This document shows, in pieces, positions 10,483 to 20,958 of a stretch of DNA of 64,000 bases. Source of the DNA: Nitrospirales bacterium (GTDB lineage: Bacteria; Nitrospirota; Nitrospiria; Nitrospirales; UBA8639); NCBI GenBank assembly GCA_965223295.1, contig CBDCWC010000003.1:1824001-1888000 (forward strand). Direction: 5' to 3'. The translations under genes were made by a program, and so were the position numbers. The notes below the pieces were generated by a model. It made no database searches and had not been told where the DNA came from. It saw nothing but the letters and a program-made list of their open reading frames with translations. How positions within the stretch are numbered: the stretch's first letter is position 1; every line of letters starts with the position of its first letter.

Positions 10483-10622
10483 TCAGTGAACTCTCTCCCT
10501 CTATCCTGTCATGGTGAAACGGCAAGAGGATAATTGGTGATAAACATCAAGCTAGCTGACTAGTACGGGCATGGTAGGTGAGGGTTTCTCAGGGTGTCAA
10601 GAAATGTACCTGTGAGTCTTCG

Positions 10623-10651
10623 TTGACGAAGTTTTGAGTGGCTGATATCGT
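10623..10651 (+). promoter_or_regulatory. Putative sigma70 promoter of folD-panB
   Basis: TTGACG-N17-TATCGT upstream of folD. Confidence 0.5.
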
Positions 10652-10720
10652 TTCATACGTCATCCAAAGGTGCCCCAACCTTTTGGGGCACATTCAATTC
10701 AGACTTGTAAGGAGAAACAA

Positions 10721-11578
10721 GTGGCTGCACAAATTATTGATGGAAAAGCCTTGGCACTGACTCTTCGAGAAGGCATTGGCCAGGAGGTCGCGATACTTGA
10801 AAAAAACACTGGAGTGAAACCCGGTTTAGCAGCAGTGTTGGTGGGGGATGATCCTGCCTCAGCGGTCTATGTGAGAAATAAGAAACGAGCTTGCGAAAAA
10901 GCCGGCCTGTACCCGCAAGAGCACATTTTACCCGCATCGACCACACAGGATGAATTGCTGAAACTGATTCATTCGTTGAATGCCGATCCCAAGATTCATG
11001 GCATTTTAGTACAGTTGCCATTGCCGCCACATATCGACAGTAAAGCGATTTTACAAGCCGTCTCTCCGGAAAAGGATGCTGATGGTTTTCATCCAGTGAA
11101 TGTGGGGCGGTTGGTGGAAGGAGATCCGGTCTTTGTTCCCTGCACGCCGAAGGGCGTCATCCATATGATTGATTCCACAGGCGTGGATATTTCCGGAAAG
11201 CGAGCGGTGGTCATTGGTCGTAGTAATATCGTGGGCAAGCCTGTCGCCATGTTGTTGCTACATCGTCATGCGACAGTGACGATTTGCCATTCCCGAACCA
11301 AAGATCTGCCTGGCCGGGTTCGGGAGGCTGATATCGTCATTGCAGCCATTGGCAAACCACACTTTGTCACATCAGATATGGTGAAAGATGGGGCGGTGGT
11401 CATTGATGTGGGTATTAATCGTTTGGCTGATGGTAGGCTTGTGGGAGATGTCGATTTTGATCGCGTGAAAGAACGAACCAGTTGGATCACACCAGTCCCT
11501 GGCGGCGTCGGTCCCATGACGATTGCGATGTTGCTTCAGAACACGCTCGAGTCGGCCAAACAGTTTGTTAAAAAGTAG
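10721..11578 (+). CDS. folD: Methylenetetrahydrofolate dehydrogenase/cyclohydrolase
   Basis: [53 protein letters not shown] before GTG 10721. Confidence 0.97.
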   Translation: MAAQIIDGKALALTLREGIGQEVAILEKNTGVKPGLAAVLVGDDPASAVYVRNKKRACEKAGLYPQEHILPASTTQDELLKLIHSLNADPKIHGILVQLPLPPHIDSKAILQAVSPEKDADGFHPVNVGRLVEGDPVFVPCTPKGVIHMIDSTGVDISGKRAVVIGRSNIVGKPVAMLLLHRHATVTICHSRTKDLPGRVREADIVIAAIGKPHFVTSDMVKDGAVVIDVGINRLADGRLVGDVDFDRVKERTSWITPVPGGVGPMTIAMLLQNTLESAKQFVKK

Positions 11579-11605
11579 TTCGATAGAGAATAGAAAACAA
11601 AACGC

Positions 11606-12403
11606 ATGAGCTATCTCACAATTCCTGAGTTTCAACAGCATAAAAAAGACGGTAAAAAAATCACGGTGGTGACGGCTTATGATGCCTTGTTTACAAGCAT
11701 CATCGAGCAAGCTGGGTTGGAAGTCATTTTGGTTGGGGATTCTCTAGGGATGGTCGTCCAGGGAAAGCCGAATACAATATCCGTTACGATGGAGGATATG
11801 CTGTACCATACTCGAATGGTCGCAGGGGCAGCTCAACGAGCCTTGGTGATTGGAGACATGCCGTTTTTGTCCTATCAAGTGAATGTCGAGGAAGCCGTGC
11901 GAAATGCCGGACGCTTTCTTCAAGCCGGTGCGGTGGCGGTTAAACTGGAGGGAGGGTTGCCAGTCGTGGACCGTGTTGAAGCCATGACACGTTTTGGTAT
12001 TCCAGTCATGGGCCATGTCGGCATGACGCCACAGTCAGTCAATCAATCTGGGGGATACAAGGTTCAAGGAAAAGCGCAGGCTGCTGCCGATCAGATTATG
12101 CGAGAAGCCAAAGCCCTTGAAGAAGCCGGGGCTTTCGCGGTGGTGCTGGAATGTGTGCCGAGTTCATTGGCTCAAACGATCTCACAGGAACTCACGATTC
12201 CTACTATCGGTATTGGTGCTGGAGCAGGCTGTGATGGCCAAGTGCTTGTGCTCTATGATTTGTTAGGATTGTTTGACGATTTCGTCCCAAAGTTTGTGAA
12301 ACCTTATGCTCGTTTAAAAGCAGAAGCTCTGCAAGCCCTTTCGCGCTATAAGGAGGAAGTGGAATGTGGCAAGTTTCCTTCTGACGCAGAAAGCTACCAT
12401 TAA
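11606..12403 (+). CDS. panB: 3-methyl-2-oxobutanoate hydroxymethyltransferase
   Basis: TAYD, LVGDSLG, KLEGG, GIGAG..CDGQVLV. Confidence 0.97.
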   Translation: MSYLTIPEFQQHKKDGKKITVVTAYDALFTSIIEQAGLEVILVGDSLGMVVQGKPNTISVTMEDMLYHTRMVAGAAQRALVIGDMPFLSYQVNVEEAVRNAGRFLQAGAVAVKLEGGLPVVDRVEAMTRFGIPVMGHVGMTPQSVNQSGGYKVQGKAQAAADQIMREAKALEEAGAFAVVLECVPSSLAQTISQELTIPTIGIGAGAGCDGQVLVLYDLLGLFDDFVPKFVKPYARLKAEALQALSRYKEEVECGKFPSDAESYH

Positions 12404-12406
12404 CTA

Positions 12407-12550
12407 GTGAAAAGTGAGAAGTAAGGTATAAGGAGAGGACCAAAAAAATGAGAACAGATAACTGATCGGGTTATCTGTTCCCTGGCTATTTACCTTTTGT
12501 ATCGAACTTTTTCATTCTCACTCCTTACTTTTTACTCCTCACGACTCACT
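12407..12550. repeat. Heptamer-periodic palindromic element between convergent genes; possible bidirectional terminator
   Basis: GTGAAAA GTGAGAA GTAAGGT ATAAGGA, inner hairpin GAACAGATAAC/GTTATCTGTTC, then TCTCACT CCTTACT TTTTACT CCTCACG ACTCACT. Confidence 0.65.
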
Positions 12551-12554
12551 TCTT

Positions 12555-13376
12555 TCATAGTTTTTCCAGAATCTCCTGTCGTTTTTGTTGATATTCTTCC
12601 TCGCTTAGCAAATCGTCCTGTCGAAGTTCCTTTAGTCTTTGAAGCCGTGCCTTCGTGGACCGGTCAAGGGATTGGGACGAACCGGAGGTCCGCGCTTGTG
12701 GCTCAGGTGCAGTCCCATGCGTCGAGGAAAATAGGTTGAGAGGAAACACAAAATGAGGTGTTTGTGGCGACCACAGTTCAGTGGCCAGGCTATAGGTGAC
12801 TTGTTGGGCAGGCTTCATAGCCTTCAACGAATGCAGGGGTTGGCCTAATGGGAGTAACGGATTTTCTCTGATGTGTTGTGGAGGATGTTGTCCCGTGACA
12901 GTCTGACGGAAATTAGGAAGTACAAGATGTAGACGATGATCTTGAAGGTAGAGACCTCCCGATGTGAGTTCCCAAATGCCATTTCCCCGAGAGGTTGCCC
13001 AATAAAACGTGACGGTTTCCAGAGGTGTGGCTCGAGTCAGTGCCTGCGAAAGATGGTGCGAAAAAAAATCTCGTTGTTCTTCTGAGAAAGCCGTTTGGGT
13101 TGTTGAAGATCCTCCCACCATGCGGTCAAGCAGGGATGAGGGTTGCACTTCAACATGTTGCAATACTTGGTCGAGTGTCTCTGGGGGCACATGCGCAGGG
13201 TGCGAGTATTCAGGAGAGCCATTGCGATAAGTGACTTCCATGCCCACGGTTTTGTCGGGTTGCTCAACAAGAGATCGCATGGTTGAAGGATGTGATGAAC
13301 AATTGGTCGTCAACAATCCAATCGCAAGCCCTAGACCTACTAGTTGGGCTTTTAAAAATACGTGAGAAATTTCCAT
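12555..13376 (-). CDS. Putative lipoprotein with C-terminal SHOCT domain
   Basis: Hydrophobic signal followed by Cys (LLTTNC); C-terminal RLQRLKELRQDDLLSEEEYQQKRQEIL; start moved to 13376. Confidence 0.75.
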   Translation of the reverse strand: MEISHVFLKAQLVGLGLAIGLLTTNCSSHPSTMRSLVEQPDKTVGMEVTYRNGSPEYSHPAHVPPETLDQVLQHVEVQPSSLLDRMVGGSSTTQTAFSEEQRDFFSHHLSQALTRATPLETVTFYWATSRGNGIWELTSGGLYLQDHRLHLVLPNFRQTVTGQHPPQHIRENPLLPLGQPLHSLKAMKPAQQVTYSLATELWSPQTPHFVFPLNLFSSTHGTAPEPQARTSGSSQSLDRSTKARLQRLKELRQDDLLSEEEYQQKRQEILEKL

Positions 13377-13535
13377 TGAATGACTTTTCCCAAGAAGAAA
13401 AATGATGACATAAGACCAAAAGAATGTAACATGTATTAAAGAAAAGAGATAGAAAACTCTCTCCCTTGTGAAGAATTTCATATTCATTTCGCAAAGTTTT
13501 TCTGTGCTTGCTCACCGTTCAAGAAGTATCGGCCT

Positions 13536-14912
13536 ATGATCTATGAACTGATATTCCTTCGTCCTAAATTAAATACAATTTTGACGTTAGGGTTTGTCTT
13601 GTTTGTCTCCGCATTGCCAGGATGGATCCCGGATGCAGAAGCCATTCCAGCTTTTGCTAGGAAATACAAGGTCAATTGTCATGTGTGTCATACGCGACAG
13701 CCTCGGCTGAATCTCTTTGGAGAACAATTTCTGGAAAATGGCTACCAAATGCCCGGCACGGAGGATGGAGGTATTGTTGGTAAATTGAAGTACGGGGATC
13801 TGACATTGGAGCAGGTTTCCAATTATTTAGGGGTCCTCTTTGCGACAAGTGGTGTTGATCATGTTGAGCTTAAACGAGATGTCCCAGGATCAGGGGATCA
13901 AACAGAGTTAGGCACTCCTGCGATCATGAGAATGTTTACCGCTGGAACTGTCACCGACAACGTGGGGTTTTTTGTAGACATGACGACAATATTTGGTCGG
14001 TCTAGTGAGCTGGAACTGGGTCGGGCCTTTGTTACCTTCAATAATCTTGGTGGTATGAATTGGGGACATCTTCGTGTGGGGCGGCTGGATCCTTCGGCTT
14101 TTTTTTCTATGGCAAGGGGACGCCCACATTTTGTTCCGATCGGTCCCAAGCTGGCCCCACCGTTTGGTGCCTTTAACACGCCCACGGTCAATCGATGGTC
14201 GTTGACGCAGAGTGCCTATGCTTCGAAGTTTTATGGGTTGTTTGATCGTAGTCGAACCGCTATACAACCCTATGACTCAACCTTGTATAACTCGCCGGAA
14301 GAAGTAGGCATTGATATCCATGGACGACCATTTGGTGACTGGTTCCTCTACCAAGTAGGTATCTTAAATGGCGGAAATGAACGGGCAGGGGACTCCAATA
14401 ATTCCAAAGATTGGTATGTCATGGCCCGGTTTGATTACGCCCGATCGAATTATTTCTCTGCCAATCTTTCAGGGTTTGCCTATTTTGGCAATCATAACGC
14501 CAAGGTAGCTACCAATGCCGATGTCAGCCGGAGTCGCTATGGTGTGGGGGCACGCATGCGTTACAAATGGCTGGATGTCTATGGGGCTTATACCATTGAT
14601 CGAGTCACGGATTTGCCCAGTGGCATGGAAGCGAGTTTTGACTCGACAGCTACGGGGGTAACGGTGGAGGCTCATGCCATTGTGACCGATCGTCTGATGT
14701 TAGGGGTCAGGTATGACCATATGGATGCTGGAGGTCTCTTAGCGGAAAGGAAAAGTGCCACGTTTGCGGGCATACAAGTGAGATACTTTTTGCGATCAAA
14801 TATCTCATTGAATCTCCGAGACGATTTTAATGTTCGCGATTCGGAGGGGGGCAGTAGCGCTGCTCGGAATCTTCGGAATCGCTTATCAGTAGGCGTGGCA
14901 ATTGTCTTTTAA
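13536..14912 (+). CDS. Cyc2-like fused monoheme cytochrome c-outer membrane porin, paralog A
   Basis: Signal peptide, then AIPAFARKYKVNCHVCHTRQPRLNLFGEQFLENGY (Cyc2-type N-terminal heme motif); amphipathic beta-strands; terminal Phe. Confidence 0.82.
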   Translation: MIYELIFLRPKLNTILTLGFVLFVSALPGWIPDAEAIPAFARKYKVNCHVCHTRQPRLNLFGEQFLENGYQMPGTEDGGIVGKLKYGDLTLEQVSNYLGVLFATSGVDHVELKRDVPGSGDQTELGTPAIMRMFTAGTVTDNVGFFVDMTTIFGRSSELELGRAFVTFNNLGGMNWGHLRVGRLDPSAFFSMARGRPHFVPIGPKLAPPFGAFNTPTVNRWSLTQSAYASKFYGLFDRSRTAIQPYDSTLYNSPEEVGIDIHGRPFGDWFLYQVGILNGGNERAGDSNNSKDWYVMARFDYARSNYFSANLSGFAYFGNHNAKVATNADVSRSRYGVGARMRYKWLDVYGAYTIDRVTDLPSGMEASFDSTATGVTVEAHAIVTDRLMLGVRYDHMDAGGLLAERKSATFAGIQVRYFLRSNISLNLRDDFNVRDSEGGSSAARNLRNRLSVGVAIVF

Positions 14913-14921
14913 AAGGAGAAG

Positions 14922-15689
14922 ATGCCGATGCAAATCTCCATAAAATACTTTTGGTGGACAATAGTCTTGATTCTTCTGGTGTTTCAACCTGTTTTCGTGG
15001 CTGCCGGGACTACTAGGATGAACGATATCCAGAAAGGTCAGATTGTCTATGAACGGTCTTGCTTGGTTTGCCATGGAGCCAAGGGTCTTGGAGATGGCCC
15101 TGCGGCCTTTTACAATGCAGCCTTTTCAGCATCACGACCTAGAGATTTGACTGTGGGCAACTATAAGTTTCGCTCGACTGGTTCGGGGAGCCTTCCGCTT
15201 GATCAAGATTTGTTTCGTACGGTTACCAATGGTATTCCTGGCACAATGCCCTCGTTTAGTGGATTATCTGCAGAACAGCGTTGGCAGGTCGTAGCCTATA
15301 TCAAAACATTCTATGCTGGCTTTCAGGAGGAGATGCCTGAATTGGCGAGCATTCCCGAGTTTCCTATTGCACCTTCCGCCGATAGTGTGCAACGTGGGAA
15401 GGCTTTGTATCTGGAGATGGATTGTCATAGCTGTCACGGGGAGCAAGGTCAGGGAGATGTGGTCTTGGCAGGAGAGCTGAAGGATAGTACGAGATTACCC
15501 ATCGCACCGAATGATTTGACGAATCGTACAGGCTGGAAAAATGGGTCGACGGCGCGTGATGTGGTCAGAACGCTCTTTACGGGGTTTGATGGGACTCCTA
15601 TGCCGTCCTACGCGAGTCAATTTGTTGGTCAGGAGGAAGATGCCTGGCATTTAGCTAACTATGTGCTCTCACTTTCCCAATCTCATTAA
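14922..15689 (+). CDS. Periplasmic diheme cytochrome c, paralog A
   Basis: CLVCH and CHSCH; distal Met motifs GTMPSF and GTPMPSY; N-terminal hydrophobic segment. Confidence 0.9.
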   Translation: MPMQISIKYFWWTIVLILLVFQPVFVAAGTTRMNDIQKGQIVYERSCLVCHGAKGLGDGPAAFYNAAFSASRPRDLTVGNYKFRSTGSGSLPLDQDLFRTVTNGIPGTMPSFSGLSAEQRWQVVAYIKTFYAGFQEEMPELASIPEFPIAPSADSVQRGKALYLEMDCHSCHGEQGQGDVVLAGELKDSTRLPIAPNDLTNRTGWKNGSTARDVVRTLFTGFDGTPMPSYASQFVGQEEDAWHLANYVLSLSQSH

Positions 15690-15700
15690 CGGGTAGACTT

Positions 15701-16513
15701 ATGTACCAATGCCTCGTGAGACCTATTAATCCCAATCTAGGGAAATCGCTATATTCCTCTCAGAATTTGAAATCAAACTATTGTCGTTATTGGGCTGTTT
15801 TGCCCAAAACTGTCTTCCTCTGGGCTTCAATAGTCTTCGTTCTGGCTAATGGAATTGGTCTGGGTGAATTTTTGGGGCTATCGGCTTATGCAGGCACCGT
15901 GGAGGGCACTATTTATTACCAAGGTGTTATCCCTAAACCACGATTGAGGGCTGTGATCAAAGATCAAGAGTATTGTGGGGTGGGGGTCAGCATACAGACT
16001 GTCCATGTTCATGACGCCCAGGGAGCGTTAAGCGGGGCTGTTGTGAGTGTCGAAGGGATGAAAAGAGAAGAATATAGGAAAGACGGAACGAAGGATCGTA
16101 AGGTCATCAACATGCACTGTGCCTTTTCTCCTCGAATTGGCGTCGCTCGGCTAGGTCAGGATATTGAGGTACGCAATCAAGATCCTATCCTCCATAATAC
16201 ACATATTAGACTTGGTAAGCGCACTATTCTTAATGTGGCGCAAGTCCCTGGAGGGAAGCCGATTGTGAAGCGGTTAAAGCGATCCGGGCTGCACTCAGTT
16301 CGGTGTGATAAACACATATTTATGGAATCCTCTCTGTATGTCTTCAACCATCCCTTTTATGATCTGACCGACAAAGCTGGAGCATTCCGGATTTCCGGTA
16401 TTCCACCGGGAAAGCATCCCATCCAGGTGTGGCACGAAACTCTCGGCATTCTGGAGAAAGTGGTGCGCGTTCCCAAAGAAGATACCGTCCGTATTGATTT
16501 TGCCTACCCGTAA
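15701..16513 (+). CDS. Exported cupredoxin-like plus carboxypeptidase-regulatory-like domain protein, paralog A
   Basis: ILHNTH ... CDKHIFM (His + C-x2-H-x2-M); TDKAGAFRISGIPPGKHPIQVWHE; start uncertain. Confidence 0.75.
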   Translation: MYQCLVRPINPNLGKSLYSSQNLKSNYCRYWAVLPKTVFLWASIVFVLANGIGLGEFLGLSAYAGTVEGTIYYQGVIPKPRLRAVIKDQEYCGVGVSIQTVHVHDAQGALSGAVVSVEGMKREEYRKDGTKDRKVINMHCAFSPRIGVARLGQDIEVRNQDPILHNTHIRLGKRTILNVAQVPGGKPIVKRLKRSGLHSVRCDKHIFMESSLYVFNHPFYDLTDKAGAFRISGIPPGKHPIQVWHETLGILEKVVRVPKEDTVRIDFAYP

Positions 16514-16681
16514 TTTCTTTTTATCCTATATTGAGATTCTTTAGTATCGCTTCCTAAAAACCGAAAATCTTATTGGACGTGTAGGTCCAACTCTATTCTT
16601 GGGCGCTCTGATGACGAGTGCGCCCTGTGCTAAGAAGGGACTCAATTGAGATGATGAGTAGATTGATCACTGGATATTGCG

Positions 16682-19600
16682 ATGCCTAAGGGTCAAACTC
16701 TCAACCATTCTTTGCTAGGCTGGTTTCGTCGGAAATGGCAGGGGAGTGTAGTCTTCCGTATTTCAACCAGTTTGACCCTTTGCATTGGGTTACTGGTGTT
16801 TGTAGGAGCCATGTTGATTGGCTATAGCCAACGTCAATTACTGGAACAATTGTTTCGGGAACGAGGTCTTGCCGTCGCCAGAACCTTTTCCACTCTTGGT
16901 TCCGGGGCCATTCTGAACCATTTATTCCGTATCCAAGAAGCAATGCCTGCATATGCCAAAGATGGCCATCTCGAAATATTGGAAGTCCTTGATGAAGATC
17001 GTATGGTGATTGCTTCGATGGAGCCCGCCAGGATTGGGGAAATCATCGAAGATCCGCGACTCATAGAAGCTCAGGAATTGGCCAGGGAAGTTGAGGGGTT
17101 TGTGGATAGTCCCGATGGCAGTTCCATGTATATGGTGATTGAGCCGTTGTTTGATCAAAACGAAATTCTGGCATGGGTCCGTGTCGGATTTTCAATGGAA
17201 CGGGTACAGGAAAAAGAACATGAGCTATGGTTTGGCCTAGTACTCATGGCAAGTCTTTTTATTGGGTTGGCGATTGTGGGGGTTCGGCAAGGATTGAATC
17301 AAATCCTTCCTATGTTACAGGGGATGATCAAAAAGCTTCAGGATGTGGCCAAGATGACTGATGCTGGGATGCTTCAAGGAACTGAAAATGTTCACGATGC
17401 ATCTCTTCTTGGTCTCAGAAATAATGAGATGAAAGGAGAAGTTGAGCAATTAGCTAGTGTGGCGACTCAGACCGCAGATTTATTGGAAGATCGCACAAAA
17501 ACTCTTCAAGGATTAATGCTGGCTCAAGAGGAGAAAAATCGAGAATTGACTCGATTAGCTTCGTTCCCTGAGCTGAATCCGAATCCAGTCATCGAATTAA
17601 ATCTTCAGTACCAGGTTACCTATATTAATCCATCAGGTACACGGCTACTCCCTGACTTAGTTGCCGTGGGCTTGGCCCACCCACTTTTTAAAAGTTTCAA
17701 AGATTCATTGGACTATGTGGTCCATGCTGGGTCTGTCAGTGTGGTGCAAGAATCCTCGGTGGGTGAACGAGTCTTTGAAACCCAAATCACGTTCTTAGAA
17801 TCCAGTCAAGTGATCCGTGTGTATTTTCATGAAGTGACCCAAAGAAAAATTGCTGAGCAAAAAGTTCACAAGGTGGCCCGGGAGTTAGAACTGAATAATC
17901 AGGAGTTAGCTCAATCTCGTGATGTGGCGTTAGAGGCTGCCAAAGCGAAGTCAAATTTTTTGGCGATGATGAGTCATGAAATTCGAACGCCCATGAACGG
18001 AGTGATTGGCATGACCGGTCTCTTGCTAGATACAGAATTAGATGAAGTTCAGCGCAAGATGACGGAGACTGTGAGAGGGTCGGGTGAAGCCTTGCTGACG
18101 ATCATCAATGATATCTTAGATTTCTCGAAGATGGAGGCTGGTAAATTTGAATTAGAGGATATTCCCTTTGATCTTCAGTCCTGTGTTGAGGAAGTGTTGG
18201 ACCTGCTTGCTGAACGAGCGAATGAAAAAAATCTCGAACTAACTAGTTGTATTTTCCAAAAGGTTCCACCCATCTTACGGGGTGACCCCGGACGTTTCCG
18301 GCAAATCCTCATGAATCTGGTAGGTAATGCCATTAAATTTACGGAGGTAGGGGAAGTCTCCGTTCAAGTCTTTCCCGAAAAACAAAGTGAACAAGAAATA
18401 ATATTACAGATACAGGTGTCTGATACCGGAATCGGGCTCACTTCTGAACAGCAAGCCAAACTCTTTCAACCATTTACCCAGGCTGATGGCTCCACCACAC
18501 GAAAATTTGGAGGGACAGGCCTAGGGTTGGCTATCTCGAAACAGTTGGCGGAAGCCATGAATGGCTCTATTGCCGTCACCAGTCAACCTGGTGACGGGAG
18601 TTGCTTTTCCGTGAGATTGCCGTTCCAGCTAGCTCAGCATGTTCATGAAGGTACTGATGAATCTCCTGTGTTGCAGGGCCTCAAAATCTGTTGTGTTGAT
18701 GATAACCAGACCAATCGAATGGTGCTTCACTATTATACGCAGGCTTGGGGTATGGATGGTGTATTCGCGGAGGATGGCAGAAAAGCCTTGTTGTTACTGC
18801 GAGAATGTCATGATCAGGGGAAGCCCTGTGACATCGCTGTTCTAGATCTCAATATGCCGAACATGGATGGTTTGGAGCTTGCACAGACCATTAAAGCTGA
18901 TCCTGCCCTTCAAGACCTGAAACTTGTGCTACTCTCATCAAGTGGCCTTCGAGGAGACAACGCGCGCGCGCAGAAAGTTGGGTTTGAGTCGTATCTCAGT
19001 AAACCTGTCCGAAAAGGGGACCTGAAGTCTTGTTTAGAGATGATCATGACCCCTTCGAATACATCTGTTGTCGACAGTTTCCATTCGGTGAAAAAACAGG
19101 AAAACGATGCGCTCTCGGCTCCTTGTATTTCTGGGTTACTGTTGGTGGTTGACGATCATGTGGTCAATCAACAACTAGCGCAAATGATGTTAGAACGGTT
19201 AGGGCATCGTGTTGATGTGGTTGGGAATGGCCTGGAAGCGCTCGAAGCCTTAAGGCAGATTCCATATGATCTGGTCCTTATGGATTGTCAAATGCCAGAA
19301 ATGGATGGATATGAAGCTACACGATTGATCAGAAGGGCAGAAAGTGAAATGTTAGAAGTAAAAGGTCAGGAGGCAGGAGCAAAGAGTGGGAGGCCAGATA
19401 AGAACGGTTCTGAAACTCCTGACTCCTTGCCCTTTTCCCCTCACTCCCGCCGCATTCCGATTGTGGCTATGACCGCCAATGCCATGAAGGGGGATCGGGA
19501 GAAATGTATCGATGCGGGTATGGACGATTATATTAGCAAACCTATCAAACCCCAAGACCTGGAAGACATTCTCGCGAAATGGTTGTCGGTGAAGGAGCAT

Positions 19601-20083
19601 CCTGAGCTGACGACCGATCAAGAGACGATCACCCCTGGTTTTCAAGAAGATGTTCACGCAACGTCCGAGCCCGTTTCTCCGTCCGAGGCGAGTTCAACGG
19701 TTTTTGACCAGGGGACCTCCTCGGAGCCTGTGCTCTCGCCTCAAATGGTGGCTGATTGGCGGATGGCTGGAGGGAGTGATTTTGTCGCGAAACTCGTAAA
19801 TCAATTTGTTTCAGATGCCGTGGCATGTGTAGACGATATTGGCGTTGCGTTAGATTTCCAAAATGCCAATGATGTACGCGAAGCGGCTCATGGGTTAAAA
19901 GGGATGGCAGCTAATATGGGACTGCCGGAGTTAGCGACTATGGCGCATCAATTAGAATCTCTTGGGCGCGAGCAGAATCTTTGCAATGGCACTGATCTGT
20001 TTGCTTCCGTACAACAGGAATTCTCGCGTATTCAGGCCGGGCTGCAGCTTATGCTGGAACAAGAGCACTCCCGTAGAGAGTGA
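16682..20083 (+). CDS. Membrane hybrid histidine kinase (TM-sensor-TM, PAS-like, HisKA, HATPase, 2 x REC, Hpt)
   Basis: [48 protein letters not shown]. Confidence 0.93.
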   Translation: MPKGQTLNHSLLGWFRRKWQGSVVFRISTSLTLCIGLLVFVGAMLIGYSQRQLLEQLFRERGLAVARTFSTLGSGAILNHLFRIQEAMPAYAKDGHLEILEVLDEDRMVIASMEPARIGEIIEDPRLIEAQELAREVEGFVDSPDGSSMYMVIEPLFDQNEILAWVRVGFSMERVQEKEHELWFGLVLMASLFIGLAIVGVRQGLNQILPMLQGMIKKLQDVAKMTDAGMLQGTENVHDASLLGLRNNEMKGEVEQLASVATQTADLLEDRTKTLQGLMLAQEEKNRELTRLASFPELNPNPVIELNLQYQVTYINPSGTRLLPDLVAVGLAHPLFKSFKDSLDYVVHAGSVSVVQESSVGERVFETQITFLESSQVIRVYFHEVTQRKIAEQKVHKVARELELNNQELAQSRDVALEAAKAKSNFLAMMSHEIRTPMNGVIGMTGLLLDTELDEVQRKMTETVRGSGEALLTIINDILDFSKMEAGKFELEDIPFDLQSCVEEVLDLLAERANEKNLELTSCIFQKVPPILRGDPGRFRQILMNLVGNAIKFTEVGEVSVQVFPEKQSEQEIILQIQVSDTGIGLTSEQQAKLFQPFTQADGSTTRKFGGTGLGLAISKQLAEAMNGSIAVTSQPGDGSCFSVRLPFQLAQHVHEGTDESPVLQGLKICCVDDNQTNRMVLHYYTQAWGMDGVFAEDGRKALLLLRECHDQGKPCDIAVLDLNMPNMDGLELAQTIKADPALQDLKLVLLSSSGLRGDNARAQKVGFESYLSKPVRKGDLKSCLEMIMTPSNTSVVDSFHSVKKQENDALSAPCISGLLLVVDDHVVNQQLAQMMLERLGHRVDVVGNGLEALEALRQIPYDLVLMDCQMPEMDGYEATRLIRRAESEMLEVKGQEAGAKSGRPDKNGSETPDSLPFSPHSRRIPIVAMTANAMKGDREKCIDAGMDDYISKPIKPQDLEDILAKWLSVKEHPELTTDQETITPGFQEDVHATSEPVSPSEASSTVFDQGTSSEPVLSPQMVADWRMAGGSDFVAKLVNQFVSDAVACVDDIGVALDFQNANDVREAAHGLKGMAANMGLPELATMAHQLESLGREQNLCNGTDLFASVQQEFSRIQAGLQLMLEQEHSRRE
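19344..19451. repeat. Heptamer-periodic palindromic element lying in frame within REC2 of the kinase
   Basis: GTGAAAT GTTAGAA GTAAAAG GTCAGGA GGCAGGA GCAAAGA GTGGGAG ... TCCTGAC TCCTTGC CCTTTTC CCCTCAC. Confidence 0.6.
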
Positions 20084-20175
20084 AAAGTGAGAAGTAAAAA
20101 AAGTATTTTGTTTAGTCTCTTGCTTTTTACGTTTACCTTCTCACTTTTTTCTCCTTACGCTTCACGAATCTTCAC
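20080..20175. repeat. Heptamer-periodic palindromic element between convergent genes; possible terminator
   Basis: GTGAAAAGTGAGAAGTAA is identical to 12407-12424; complementary arm contains TTTTTAC, TTCTCAC, TCCTTAC, GCTTCAC. Confidence 0.65.
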
Positions 20176-20903
20176 GGGGCTGGAAAGTCAATATTCAGAA
20201 TAGCGTTGTTTGGTTGCGGAATGGTGACTTTTTGCCGCACCGTGCCTAAGGTTTCGTGCCAAAGCGAGAGGGTATATGTTCCAAATGAGAGGTTCGGAAT
20301 AGTAAAGTGTCCGTAACTATCGGTCACGGTGTGGTAGGGATGGGGGAACACATGAATGATACCGTTCATGAAAGGATGTTTATTACATGTGACTGTCATA
20401 GGACCTGGCTCTCTCAAGACCTTCTGAACACCTTTTGCCTGAGGAAGTAACACGACATTGATAAATGCACGAGTTTTGGTGCGAACATGGGTGTTATGCA
20501 AGATGTTATCGAGATTTTCGATGGCCAATTTTTGTTTTACGGTTGCCGTGACTGCGTGCTTTAAGAATTGACATCCCTTGTTGACAATCGTTTTTGTAGG
20601 TTCTGGCTCCTCGTTGGAGCTATCCTGTCCTTCAATTTCCACACTCACAATGACGTCCTGTAACCCTTTATCCTCAGCAAGGACAACGGATTCCAACTCA
20701 CGGGTCTTTCCACAGACCTCGATATCTTTTTTAATGATAACTTCTTCCATGGGCGGAAGAGGTCCGAGGTAGACGACTTTCCCTTGCAGAGAGGTGGTTT
20801 GGGCGTTGCCGATCTGAGCAACATTAAAGATTCCAGTAAACCAGAGCACAGTAAAGAAGAGGGTTCGTTGAATTTGCCGATGACTGGGACGGTGGTTTGT
20901 CAT
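20172..20903 (-). CDS. Exported cupredoxin-like plus carboxypeptidase-regulatory-like domain protein, paralog B
   Basis: ILHNTH ... CNKHPFM; TDSYGHFTIPNLSFGTYTLSLWHE; signal peptide; homologous to 15701-16513. Confidence 0.78.
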   Translation of the reverse strand: MTNHRPSHRQIQRTLFFTVLWFTGIFNVAQIGNAQTTSLQGKVVYLGPLPPMEEVIIKKDIEVCGKTRELESVVLAEDKGLQDVIVSVEIEGQDSSNEEPEPTKTIVNKGCQFLKHAVTATVKQKLAIENLDNILHNTHVRTKTRAFINVVLLPQAKGVQKVLREPGPMTVTCNKHPFMNGIIHVFPHPYHTVTDSYGHFTIPNLSFGTYTLSLWHETLGTVRQKVTIPQPNNAILNIDFPAP

Positions 20904-20958
20904 GTTGCTAAGACTCTATTCGGAGAGTATATTCAGGAACAGGTTGTCGATCCACTAT

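Noticed and set aside
10670-10691. Hairpin GTGCCCCAA/TTGGGGCAC upstream of folD as a ZTP or THF riboswitch
   Set aside because: A single stem without the conserved aptamer motifs.
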